From Bigelowiella natans CCMP2755 (lineage: Eukaryota; Protista; Cercozoa), in NCBI GenBank assembly GCA_000320545.1, contig ADNK01002940.1, positions 12,163-76,162 of the forward strand: 64,000 nucleotides of DNA. Reading direction: 5' to 3'. Every line of letters starts with the position of its first letter. Positions within the stretch are counted from its first letter, which is position 1. This document shows positions 14,036 through 26,558 of the stretch, in pieces. Under the pieces are notes generated by a model. It was not told the origin of the DNA. It ran no database searches and worked only from the letters and a program-made list of their open reading frames with translations. Both the position numbers and the translations under genes were made by a program.

Positions 14036-14214
14036 CGCGTACCACTACGCGGGCACAAGTCACGTGCGACAACAAAGGGGTTGTCGCGGATATAGAATAT
14101 AGATAACGTAGATATTAATACAGCATAGGCACGTGGGTTCCGGCGGGACTCATGGCAGCACACCGGAAGTGTGCTGCCCCACGTGCGGCGGCATTCGCGA
14201 AAGCTTCGCGAATG
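14036..14214. other. Cluster of GC-rich inverted repeats (hairpins plus one enclosing stem), function unknown
   Basis: CGCGTA/TACGCG 14036-14051; GCGACAAC/GTTGTCGC 14066-14087; GCACGTGG(14129-14136)/CCACGTGC(14179-14186) enclosing GGCAGCACAC/GTGTGCTGCC 14154-14178; CATTCGCGAA/TTCGCGAATG 14192-14214. Confidence 0.7.
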
Positions 14215-15011
14215 ATTACGCAGTGCACGATTTAATAAAAATATAATCTTTAATAAAAATAAACACAACTCTTCAAAAGGAAGCAAACGTGCCTTTCCCC
14301 CCCCCTGCCTACTTGTGCACGTAGCGCCTCGGCCTGTGAACACCTTACGCGCAACAGGCAGACGTGTCGCAGAAAGTGCATGGCAGCTCTGGAGCCAACG
14401 ACTTGCTACTAGGCTAGCGCTCCAGAGCTGGACACAACTAGACAAGGCAAATTGGTAGGGCACTCCAGCTAGCAGCTTGGATCGCGATCCGATCAATCGC
14501 ACATCGGCCACAAGCAGCAGGTTGGTTGAGACTGGAAATGCACTTCCTGTCAGGCGGCGCAGGTCAAGGAAGGACCGTAAGATTCATTGTATTTAGAAAG
14601 ACGTCGGGTAAAAACAACATGCATTTAACAAGTTCTGTATTCATGTCGGACCCCAAGAAAGGAGTATGTACCGCTTAACAATACCAACGTTCCGTAATGA
14701 GACATAAAAGCACATCGAGTAATGCGTACGGGGATTTTAGCCTAAAATGACATTTTCTGCCTTCTAAACGTACAAATTGCAGGGAATTTCCTTTCATTTT
14801 GATCACAGCAGCACACAATTTTATCCTCATACGGCATAATTATTTATGAAATTGATCTTACGACAAGCTAGATACCATGTCGCATCGTAGGAACACTGTG
14901 CATTTTGGCACTTTTTGCAACTGGCACGGATCCATAGATTCTGTACCCCCTCTCGCAACGAAACCCAAATCCCAAAGACATTTGAGACTGCCTCCTACTA
15001 CATTGTGCATT

Positions 15012-16086
15012 ATGTCTGCTGAAAAGAAGAAGCTGCGCATCTGCATTGGTGGCGGTGGGGGATTCATCGGCGGAAACCTCGCCCGTCGTCTCCACAACGA
15101 AAGGACATCACGTTGTGTGCGCCGATTGGAAACGCAATGAGTACATGGAAGAGAAGGAATTCTGCTCGGAGTTTCATCTTGTTGACCTTCGCAATTACGA
15201 GAACTGCATCAAGGCAACAAAGGGCTGTGATGAGGTCTACAATCTTGCGGCAGATATGGGAGGAATGGGCTTCATTCAATCCAACCACTCTGTCATCCTC
15301 TACAATAACACCATGATCTCCTTCAACATGATGGAAGCTGCTCGTGTCAACAAGGTTGGCCTGTTCTTCTACTCTTCCTCTGCATGCATCTACCCCGAAT
15401 TCAAGCAGACTGAAGATGAGATCGTTGGGCTTAAGGAGTCAGATGGTTGGCCTGCTCAGCCGCAAGACGCATACGGCCTTGAGAAGCTGGTCTCTGAAGA
15501 ACTCGCTATTCACTATGAGAAGGACTTCGGCATGAAATGCCGAATTGCTCGCTTCCACAATATTTATGGACCTTTTGGAACTTGGAAGGGAGGCCGGGAA
15601 AAAGCCCCTGCTGCTTTTTGTCGCAAGGCTCTGACCTCCACGAAGGACTTTGAAGTCTGGGGAAACGGAAAGCAGACTCGTTCCTTCTGCTACGTCGACG
15701 ACTGTGTTGAGGGAATCCTTCGTATCGCTCACTCCGATTACACCAAGCCTATCAACCTCGGTTCCGACGTTGCTATTAGCATGAACGGCATGGCTAAGCT
15801 TTGCATGAAACTCGCTGGAAAAGAAATCCCAATCCGCAACATTCCTGGTCCTGAGGGGGTTCGTGGTCGCAACAGTGACAACACGCTGATAAAGAAGGTG
15901 CTGGGATGGGCACCTAGTATCACTCTTGAGGATGGTCTCGGCCGTACAATCAAGTGGATCAAGGGCCAGATCGAGAAGCTTCCTGAAAAAGAAAAGGCGA
16001 AGCTTACTTCCTCTGTGATTGTGAAGCAAGAAGACGCCATGAAACAAAATGCAGCTTGCGCGGCCGCTACTAAGGAAGCAAAGTAA
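15012..16086 (+). CDS. GME: GDP-D-mannose 3',5'-epimerase, intronless, with a +1 frameshift at 15100-15102 (sequencing error or recent lesion)
   Basis: MSAEKKKLRICIGGGGGFIGGNLARRLHNE (from ATG 15012) continues, after one extra A, into GHHVVCADWKRNEYM...NLAADMGGMGFIQSNHSVILYNN...YSSSACIYPE...AYGLEKL...GGREKAPAAFCRK...GPEGVRGRNSDN. About 357 aa once corrected. Confidence 0.93.
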
Positions 16087-16210
16087 ATTTACTTTTAATA
16101 CGGTCAATGTTATTCGCCAAAAAATCCTATTTGGAATCAATGTTGCACTTTTGTCGCATCGCACGATTCTAGGATTTGCTCACATACATGCACAAATGTG
16201 CGCGTGACTT

Positions 16211-16253
<43 letters not shown>

Positions 16254-16254
16254 C

Positions 16255-17160
16255 GCTAGGCGTGCAGCCACGCTACGTACGAACATCGATCTACGGTAGA
16301 CATGCATAGCATCTTCACTTTCTAGCTTTCTAGATCCAACAGACCTCAAGCATCGACACATCTAGCTAGATGTGCCTGACATACTAGATGCCTAGCTAGC
16401 TAGAGCGTGTGCATACGACACATTGTTCTTAGAGATTTAGACGTCTATGGCAGACGTGCACTACAACGTTGTTGCTGCGCTGTGGCATGATGAAGTTAGT
16501 AAGCGTAGCTGTGCTAGCTAGCCTAGCTAGCTAGTAGCTAGCTAGTCTAGAGTTGTGAAGACACAAAAATGCATGTGGAATGCACTAGCTAGCTAGTGCA
16601 CTTCACACATCTAGACATGCTGACATACGCCATCTAGCCAAACTAGCAAAGCTAGAGAGCTGTGGAGCTACGTGCTTGGCATGCTGCTTTGCTCTAGCTA
16701 GCTCTAGCTAGAGCTAGTGCTGATGAATGCAACCCAGCTAGCTAGCAGTCTAGCAATGTTGTTTAGCTAGCTAGCTAGCTAGCTGTGTTTGCCCACATGC
16801 TAGCACATAGCATGCATTGATTTGTGTGTTAATTCTCTAGAGCTAGCTAGCTAGCGTAGATTATAAGATAAAATGTGTAGCTAGTTCAAACTGTGCTAGT
16901 GTGAGACGGATGTAATGAACAAACTGAATCTTTTTAATGTTCAACCCAATCTAGCAATGAGCCATGCTAGCATGCAAAGCTGCGGCTACAGCCATCTAGC
17001 CATCCTAGCATATAAGCACAGCATGTGATCACCATGTCTACTTGTCTAGATGCGTGCAACCTGTGCCTTGCAATGAATGTAGCTACACTAGTACATGTGA
17101 TGTGTACTAATGTACATATCTGGATGTCTAGATGTGCGTGCACCTGGTACACACATGCCA
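16255..17160. other. CTAG-rich, partly TpA-depleted intergenic island
   Basis: Dozens of CTAG, including (CTAG)n runs near 16512-16550 and 16765-16783; lies between the GME and OXA1 3' ends. Confidence 0.75.
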
Positions 17161-17504
17161 CAATCTGGCAATGGTGATGACGAGGGCTTCCCGCACATTT
17201 CCAAAATTTTGAATCATCATCCCAACTTGTTATCGGTAACATTGATTATAGCTATCATCAACATATCACGCAATATAAGTTTCAATTCGCTTCAGCTCTA
17301 GCAGAGTTACCTCATCACATGCTTCGATTCGCTTTTTACATGTACATTTTGCTAAAAACTCGAAGCAGACCTTATGGACTCTTGTGAGCGTGATGTACCC
17401 GACCGGGCATTGTGGAGCAGGCATAAAGTTTGCAGCTATCTCTATGCTAACTCTGCCAGCTTCATAGATTTGATTTCCCTTTGCGTAACAATAGCAGATC
17501 CTAC

Positions 17505-19464
17505 TTACTTTCTATTTTTGCCAGTGCTAGAGGTAGGAGGAGAACTGTATGTGACAGGTTTCACCACTTCAACCTGAATCATTTGTTGTAAGTATATCGA
17601 TCAAACGGTATTTGTGACTTAAAATAATATGATTGTCTCATTATGATAACGAGGATGATGATGGTAAGCATGACATCATATGTGTATATAATATATATAT
17701 ATATATATCTCATATTTAGAAGGAAACCTTTGGAACTTGTCTTCGTAACTCTTGATGTTCCTTTTCACTAAGAATCTTAGGGATATCCAGCAAAGATCGG
17801 ACGAATGGAATCCTGCAGAAAATATGAGATTTGTTATCTGAAGTAAATATTTATGTTGATTCTAACGATTACAATTGCTGCCAAAAAAACATTTATATTA
17901 AAGTACACACTTCAAGAAAGCTGTCTGTAGAAGAGATGTCACATTTGAAGACACCCAATACGTGTGCACGGCCTATTGTGTAAAGACAACGTCAATTAAG
18001 TAGATTTTAGAACTTGATAATCTTGAGTTCTTGGATTATGATATACACAATGAAAACGACGACCGTCATCCTGCACACTATTGATTGTTCATCTTCGTTC
18101 GACGCACTAACTCCCAACAAATCCACATTTTATTCTTAAACGGCATTCTGCTTCTCCTTCTTTCATTCTATGTTCAAATGCTACTTTTTCTTACTTACCG
18201 CTGGAAAGCTGGCAGTTGCTGGAATAATCATTATGGAGAAGAATCTCATGAACATCTTCATGCTGAAAAGGAGAAAGGAGAGGAGGTTAAAAGTGAGTGA
18301 GCGTATCAGTTGCTTTCTGATTTTAAAATGGCGGCAGTTGGTTATTACACGCGTGTACATGAACATTGATTTTGACTCACGTCAACATGTATAGATGACA
18401 TTGTGGGGGGGGGGGAGATGGATCGGGAGAAGGAAGAGAAAAAGATTGAAAAGAAGTACAAACAGTCCATGATAATAGTGCAATTTTCACATCCCAACCG
18501 ATCTGAGGTAGCACTATTTGGATTGCCGACGGAACCAACCTAATGACAACAACAACAACAATTATGATGATGATAATGTGTCACTTCATTGAAGCACGCA
18601 TGCATTGCTCTCCTCCTCCTCCTCTTCCTCCTCCTACGACAACGTTCAGTGACTAGTTAAAAACAAATCAATAATTTCTATTGCAGGATGTAAATCGCAG
18701 TTACTAATCAAGCATGAGTGGCGGATAATGCACGTACATACACAACAAAAAGGATCATCGATAAAAACAAAGAATATTGAAAGTGGTTGCTGCTTAAGAA
18801 TTGAAAGTACTTCAATTGTGAGCAACATGCTGATGGCAGAGGTAATGGGCAGCACCCAGTAAGGATCCTATCGTTCACATATTATCAGAGTATAGTTTAA
18901 ACAGTAGACAACTGTATAACAACAACAACAACAACAACAATCACTACCAACAACCATATAATGATACGATACTGTGCGTGCATGATGGAGATAAAATGAG
19001 ACAAGATGTTCTCCAAGCTACAACCTGCTGACTCAGATCAAGAAACCATGCATAGCCTCCACTGGAGATATCAGGAAACCGATCTTGGTAGGAGGAGAAA
19101 TGGGTAAGTACGACCACCATTGTTGTTGTTGTTGTTGTTGTTGCAATAAATTGTTGTATAACAAAGTAGTAAAATCATGACATGGCAGCTATTTTATGTC
19201 TGTAATTACAGGCTTGGTTTACAATGCTACAACCGCACATTCATTCCTCTTTCATTTCATCAACGGACACCTCATCGCACAAACAGCAACATATTAAGTT
19301 GTCACCTGCTAAGGCTCTGCACCCGAAGAAAAAGGAGACGAAAATGGGCATTTGAGTGAAAGGCATCAGGAAGGCCAACATATTGATCTTGTGCTGTTGT
19401 TTCAGTAGTAGTAATACATGGATTAGAAGGAACATATTGACTTACGCTGTTGTTTCAGTACTGC

Positions 19465-19507
<43 letters not shown>

Positions 19508-20353
19508 AGTAGCATTAGTAGTAGTGGAACATGAATTATAATGTAAACGACGTAGTATTATCTGTCATTCGACCATTATCATGATAATCATCATGATCAT
19601 GTATCACCTTCTTGAAAATCGCTGCCTGTCTATGGGCTACTTCCATCCGTTTTTCCGTCGTCAGATTGCCACTCGCTGATTTGATACATACATCAAAGTT
19701 TCATACTTTCCAGAGATCATAATCTGACTTGATGTCCTCATCATCCATCACAGTGCGAGTGACAACCTTTCATTTCCTGGATTTGCTCTTCAATTTTTTT
19801 CATTTCTGGTCGTGCATTTGTCATCCTTGTTGTACATACAGGAGGTATTAGTTGTAGCATTTTTAGGAGAAATATAACTGCGACAGATTTACAAGAATCT
19901 TACTACTACTACTTCTATTACTACTACTAGTACTACTACTGCTGCTGCTACTACTAACAGCACCACTTCATCTGATATGATACTACTAGTATATTAAGTT
20001 ACCTAGCTGTGCTTCTATGCTGCATAACTGCTACTGGAAACAACAGCATGCGGACCATTATGGTAGCACCTCCTAAGGTAGTAGCGAGTTAGTACTTACT
20101 TAGTTAGTTAGTAGCACTCTCAGCTATGCTCGTCCATACTACTACGATACGTCAAACTTATTATTACCTATTGCAACGAACCATGGAACGTCTGCGGTAA
20201 CATGAATGTAGTTGATAAAATCTTGGACGTATAACTATGATGATAATCAATTCTCCATTTTATTAGTAAATGGCATATGATTACAATTAATACTTCATTT
20301 ATTAGTGAATGATGACCACTACGACAACCACCACCACCACCACCACCACCTCA

Positions 20354-20394
<41 letters not shown>

Positions 20395-20978
20395 AATACT
20401 GCTGGTGCTACCGAAGGCCAATGAAATCCCGCTTCTGCTGCTGGTGGAGGTACGACTGCCTCTGTGGCTGCAAGGGATATACATGATAATGAATTATGAT
20501 ACAAGTTCAACAATGAAATTGTCACAAGAGAGAGAAGGAATAACGCCTACCACTCAGCATAAACGATGATACATCGTCCATAATTGTGGTTTCAGCTGCA
20601 CTTGATGATGAGGCAGCGTCGATGGATAGAGCCGACGACGACGATGACGACGACATTGCCGTTGAAGAAGCCTCCTCCTGCTGCTGCTGCTGCTGGCATA
20701 GCACCGAATGGCTGCAGTCTGTAAATTGACAACATAAATATGATTGCCTGATATCCATCTTTCATTTTTTAAGTGCTTTCTTACCAATGGCAGACGACGA
20801 GGACATGTAGCGCAGTGATTGCATAGCTCCTCCCCTTCCTACTCCTCCAATCTTGTTTGTATAGCTTCTCAGAAGATGAGCACTGTAATTGATAATTGTC
20901 ATATAACAGCCATCTTCATAGTTACATGGGAAGGGGTTTAGAAACTGACCTTTTTCTTCGCAGCATCATCATCATCAT
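17505..20978 (-). CDS. OXA1: Mitochondrial inner-membrane insertase Oxa1 (YidC/Oxa1/Alb3 family)
   Basis: Presequence-like MMMMMLRRKSAHLLRSY..., then exons GFHWPSVA, DFINYIHVTADVPWFVAIGGATIMVRMLLFPVAVMQHR, ARPEMKKIEEQIQEMK, QMPIFVSFFFG, SGGYAWFLDLSQQDPYWVLPITSAISMLLTIE, IIPATASFPAAVHTYWVSSNVTSLLQ, IPFVRSLLDIP. 3' end uncertain (TAA 17505-17507 or one further exon). Confidence 0.88.
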
Positions 20979-21546
20979 CCTCACCCTCCCCCCTTGGTGC
21001 GTGTTTGAATGGGAGGATATTGTCGACTTGCTTAAACAATTGTCGTATCACCGAAATCCCCTTTGTTTCTATCATAAAGACAGCATTGGTCGTAGGTCAA
21101 ACATCCTATTCTGTTTTGCTAAGACGTCTCGAATAAAAGGTTGTCGTAGGATGAAAATCAGCAACAGTGCTAGTCTGGGAGCGTTGTCCACGTGTCGCTC
21201 ATCCACAGGGCTTTCGGGGAAAAGGAGGAGAGCAAGGGGGAGGAGAACAACCCGCACGTCTTTGCACGAGAGCGATTGTGGCTTGTGTGGCTCTGAAGCA
21301 CGCTGTTCTCCTTGGTCCTCTCAAAGCAATGCTTGCTGATGCTCTCCTCGGTTTGAACGAAAAATGAATAATAATGTCAGGATGTACACATTACATGTTA
21401 TCACGTCATTTGTAATTGAAAGCTCCCCTCCTCCATGTTTCTTCTTATTCTTCCTCTTCTCCTGCTTCACCTGATCCCTCTCCGTTGTCTCAGGCAACAA
21501 CTTCGCAGAGGTGCCTCCTCCTCCTCCTCCTCCTCCTCCTTCTCTT

Positions 21547-22786
21547 ATGATGATGACATTGCTTTTGATGTCGAGAACAGTCTTTTCGATTGGGGCTGCT
21601 ACTACTGTAACAATTGATCACTTCTCTAGAAGCAAACAAGTAAATGTGGAAAGTAGGAGCTCAGCATGCTGTACACTTAGCAGCAGGCAGCTGAATGGTG
21701 GTGAAGTTGTATTAGGACGGAATGCTCTCATCGAAAGACAACGACGGCGACGACGAATATCATCATCGTTTCAGCTACCAGTGAATAAGGCCCATCGCAA
21801 CAGCAAGAACAACTTTGGCGTTCGAAGCGAAGAATGGCCTGATCATCGCCACCACCACCGCCAGGGGCAGCAGCATCGGGATTTGAGCCCCCCTCCTCCT
21901 CCTCCTCCTCCTCCTCCTCCTCCTCCTTACTTGGATGACTTAGCAAACAGACTCGCACTACATGCATCTATAGCATACTGTATTGTCACATCATCATTTA
22001 CGAACAAAAAATAATCAAACATTTAGTGGTTGTTGTCCAATTGAATGTGATATCTACGCCTTCTTTTTCCTCTAAAATTGCATCATATTACTCTATTTCT
22101 AACAGATGATGACACCTCCAATGTCATCCATGCACACAATTATGTTATTCACTATTTTTCAAGAATAAGAACAAAACTTAATCGTTATTGTTGTTTTTGA
22201 TGATGTTACATCGTTGTGTTACTTTTGTTTGCCATACAGGCGACGGGAACGAGATAGCCGCATGGAAAGACCCCCTTGGGTGATGATTGCTCAAGAGACG
22301 ATTAGGCATCTGTGAACTGCTGCACCATCGTCTCCTGAAATAATCCAAATATAGAATACCAGATAATTCATTAGTGTCATACATATACATTTCATTTCGT
22401 ATATACATACCGTACATGATGATCTCTGTCTCTCTCTCTGTGCGTATGTACTGATATTGTACAATGATGATCCAATGTAAAAGGTATACGGACAAAATCC
22501 CTGGATTTGAAGTTGTGAAGGTTCTCCACTACTTAAAGACAGGATCTTGCTGTTACGTGGGTATATCACATGGTAATTTATCATATGCATTTCACAGTAG
22601 TACAAAAGATAGATGATGTTGATACAAATAATTTATTTCCTCGTAGAAGAAAACATGGATGTAGCTACGCATATAGAGAGTCATTATTTGTGATTTCTTT
22701 ACAACGCCACCTTCTGATTTGACAACTACCTCCTTCCACATACAAAACAATTTGAATGTGGGATGAAAAGTACATGAAAAGTACGA

Positions 22787-22828
<42 letters not shown>

Positions 22829-23043
22829 GAATCAGCAACACTTATTAGGTCTCTCTCTCCATTCTTTATTCGACAACAACTGAGTAGTACGTAGTACTTC
22901 AATTCGAACAATAACCCTTCATCGGTCCTCCTCCTCCTCCTCGTCTTTACTATATGTAGAAAAACAAGAAATTGTTGTGTCCTTCCGCGGAAGTGGCAGC
23001 TTGGCGGCATTCAAAACGAACTTGAGACTCAACGTACTACTTC

Positions 23044-23085
<42 letters not shown>

Positions 23086-23482
23086 TCATATATGCAATAG
23101 CAAGCGAGATAAGGGTGATGACAATGATGATGACGAAGACTTTCTCGACGCCAATAGAGGCGAAGAAGGAGGATAACAAGAAGAAGTTAATCCAACGCTT
23201 ATTGACCTGCTCCCCTCTTCTAATCCAATAGAATATGGATGATGATACTCCTACACATCATAACAGAATAGGATAATACCATAGTACTGCCATCATCATC
23301 ATCATCATCACCATCATTATCATCATCATCATCATCATCATCATTCATTTCATGAAACAACTGATCCCACCTCCTTGTTCTCTGCTGTACTACTACAATA
23401 CTTCCACATTCAGCTCGTTGATTTACCAGCATATCTTCTATTCCCACCACCGCCATCATTATCCTCCTCCTCCTCCTCCTCC

Positions 23483-23513
<31 letters not shown>

Positions 23514-23798
23514 TATCAATGGGAAATGGTGCGGGTGCTAAGGTAGTATTAATCACTTAAATTAAGTATTGAACAAGACGGTACTGATAATAAGCTTTGG
23601 TGATGATGGATGATGTAGGTGCATGCAGGATTCTTGGAAGCATCTTCCAAGTTATTTGTCCAACTTGACGTAAGTAGGAAATAGTTTGATATGATAGCCA
23701 GATATGTAATGATGACGATGATGATGATGATGCCCTTAGCTGCTGCTGCTGTGTTTATGAATGGATATTGATTCTTACTTGCTTCCCCTGATCCACTG

Positions 23799-23831
<33 letters not shown>

Positions 23832-24561
23832 TGATTCCAACGACTACAACTACGATCTATCAGCCAATCCTTAAGAATTTGATGGAATCAAATCATGATT
23901 ACCGATTATATTTCACGGGGCACAGGTACTACTAACTATAATAATTCTACTACTACTATCAGCAAAAACAGCAGAGGTGATGATAATGAATTGTAGTTTG
24001 CATGAATATATTTATATCATTGTTTTTTATCAATCGGAAGTTGTATGCATGTGCTCATCCGTGCTATCAACGAATATTGAAGAACTGAAAATATATCACT
24101 ACCACTCACTACCACTCACAACCACGCACTACCACTACTACTACTACTTCTGCTGCTGCTACTACTACAAAGCTGCTGACGCTGAAGAATCTACTAAATG
24201 ACATCAAACTACAACCAACTCTTTTCAATAAATCAGTAAAGGAGGAGGTGTTGCGACGTTATCTGCTGTTTTTACTGCTCAAAGTCATCCCAATTGGGTG
24301 TGTACGTAGTACGTAGTAGTGTGTGTGTTTGAGGGGGGGAGGGGGGGTGGGGAGCGGATATGATTAGAGTAGGATATGCGTGTCTTTATGAGATAGATCA
24401 ACCATTTTTATAAAGTGATCAGGACATCGCTCTATTGTGGCACAAACAATATATAAGATCCATATCGCCCTTCCTTTTCTTTTTCTTCTTCTTTTTCTTC
24501 TTTTTCTTCTTTTTCTTCCGTAGCATGCACGTACATAAATTGATATCTTTCATCAATTGAT

Positions 24562-24594
<33 letters not shown>

Positions 24595-25456
24595 TAGAGG
24601 CCATCTCTCATCACATTTGCCCCTCCGCGCGTCGGAAATAGGGAATTTCGCCGCTTGTTTGACAAGTTTTTTGCTTCTACAACAACAACAACAACTTCTA
24701 CTACTACTGGCACTGCGGAGAGGACTTCAGATGTTACTGCTGCTGCTGCTGCTACTACTACTACTACTACTAGCTTTGCACTTGGGTACTTTCATCGACA
24801 AGATCCTGTATTGTATTTCAATCAAGACCTCTGGAATTCTCTCAAATACGAGTAAGATTACTAGAAGCTTTATGTTGTTGTTGTTGTTGTTTTTGTATGA
24901 TTAATTTAAAAGTCCTCTTCTTATTCTTTCCTTCTTTGTGAGCAAGCTGCATGAATTGTAACTATTAATGAGAGCTTGAATGATCTCCATTGCTACCATG
25001 ACTCGTCTCTGCCGGATGATTAAGATTCATGTTTAATAATACATTTCTGTTTATCTAGGGTTGTAGGTACAGAAGTAGAATGTGTTCCCGATGCTCATCA
25101 AATATCAAAGATTCAATCATCGTCGTCATATTGGTCTTCTTCTTCTTCTTCTTCTTCTTCTTCTCCTACTACTCCCTTCGACTATAAAATACTTGTTCCC
25201 CCACTCAATATATTCCAGCATTTGAGGTACGTACGTACTTAAAATGGCGGTCACTAGAGACTAGATTATTCATTTAACTGTCCTTCTTTATAGCACCAAT
25301 CTACCTACTTTTGCGACTATAACACTTAACGAGATCCACTATAAAACTTGTACTACGATTCATGAGTACATGCCTTGCTATTCTGTCGATTGCTCGCTCC
25401 TAAATTATACTCCTTATATTGTTTCCCCTGCAAAGATCGATCTTATTGTTACGACC

Positions 25457-25490
<34 letters not shown>

Positions 25491-25652
25491 AATATGGCTA
25501 CTACTACTACTACTACCACTTCTACTACTGCCAAATGCAGATACTTAGGAGTTTACATGGGTCCTAGAGTGGTAATGATAAAGACAGTTGCATCGACGAC
25601 TGCTACATGGCTACGACAGCTCCATTCTTTTTGGAACAAGATCAAAAAGTAG
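21547..25652 (+). CDS. Class 3 lipase (alpha/beta hydrolase), multi-exon; start uncertain
   Basis: Exons LALHASIAYC, EIVVSFRGSGS, VHAGFLEAS, YRLYFTGHS|KGGGVATLSA (G-H-S-x-G elbow), LITFAPPRVGNREF, HRQDPV (catalytic Asp), FQHLR|YLGVYMG (catalytic His), ending KIKK-TAG at 25652. Confidence 0.85.
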
Positions 25653-25840
25653 CAGAGAACAAATTAAATGATGATGATGATGATGATGATGATTATGATC
25701 AACACAGCAAATCGCAGAATGACATTTCCATCCCAGTTAGTACCTAGCTGCATTATTGGGCGGAGAGACGAAGGCTAGTAGCTCATCATGTCACTTATCA
25801 ATGCATGTATAGATTCTATATAGCTACACATAGCGTTAGG

Positions 25841-26235
25841 CCACGATGTCACAAATGGCAAAGGCATCAATGAGTCGATGAAACTGAGCGGAGCAACCTT
25901 CTGCTAGCCATCAAGATTCGAAAAAGCTTTGCAGCATGCATGGCACTCACTTTAATTGTCCAGCACGTGATGCTACTAGGAGCTTGCGTTTTTGTTGTTG
26001 TCGCAGTGTTCGTCCGCAAGCAATGACAATGCTCCAAGCAAAGTGAATGCATTGTCCGCCGTGCCATGCGGCGATCGATCTGACTTGCACACATGCATGC
26101 ACATGCATCGGGAGGGTGATGCATGTGCTAATCACGTGAAATAACGCAAAGCAGCAGCCCACTGCATTGGACTACGTGCATGGGCACAGCGCGCCATGTA
26201 TCTTCATGACACACGACGCTCATTGGCAACCAGAT
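25841..26235. other. Moderately TpA-depleted, GCATGC-rich intergenic island
   Basis: About 8 TpA in ~390 nt, against TAC/TAG/TAT-saturated flanks. Confidence 0.55.
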
Positions 26236-26558
26236 CATCATTATCATCATCATCATCATCATCATCCAATTTCATCACAAATCAAAAAGGTTACTACTGC
26301 TATCTAGATAGACTAGCTACCACGCGTACGATGTTAAATTAATTTCGCTCATTGCTATGCACCGAGGCTCACGATATTTCATAATGACTCAATTCATTGT
26401 GGTAATTCTCCCTTAATGTAGCCACATCACTTGTGGACTTCATCATATCTTGGTAGGAATGAAGAACCTAACATAGTATGTGTTAAAGCCATACATTCTT
26501 ACCACTTTGGTGGTTGTTGTCGTCTCCAAATGAATCATATATTTTATGCTTATAAATA

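Noticed and set aside
14129-14214. Hammerhead or HDV-like ribozyme
   Set aside because: Minus-strand ATGAGTCC..GGAAC lacks the CUGANGA and GAAA core; no consistent HDV P1/P1.1/P2 pairing could be built.
15439-16164. 241-aa antisense ORF over GME (likewise 53596-54315 and 56742-57344 over NVL)
   Set aside because: Shadow ORFs arising from codon bias or low complexity on the coding strand.
13180-17160. GME captured by a transposon, with the two CTAG islands as terminal inverted repeats
   Set aside because: Matches between the islands are only short self-complementary low-complexity words; no alignable TIR, target-site duplication or transposase.
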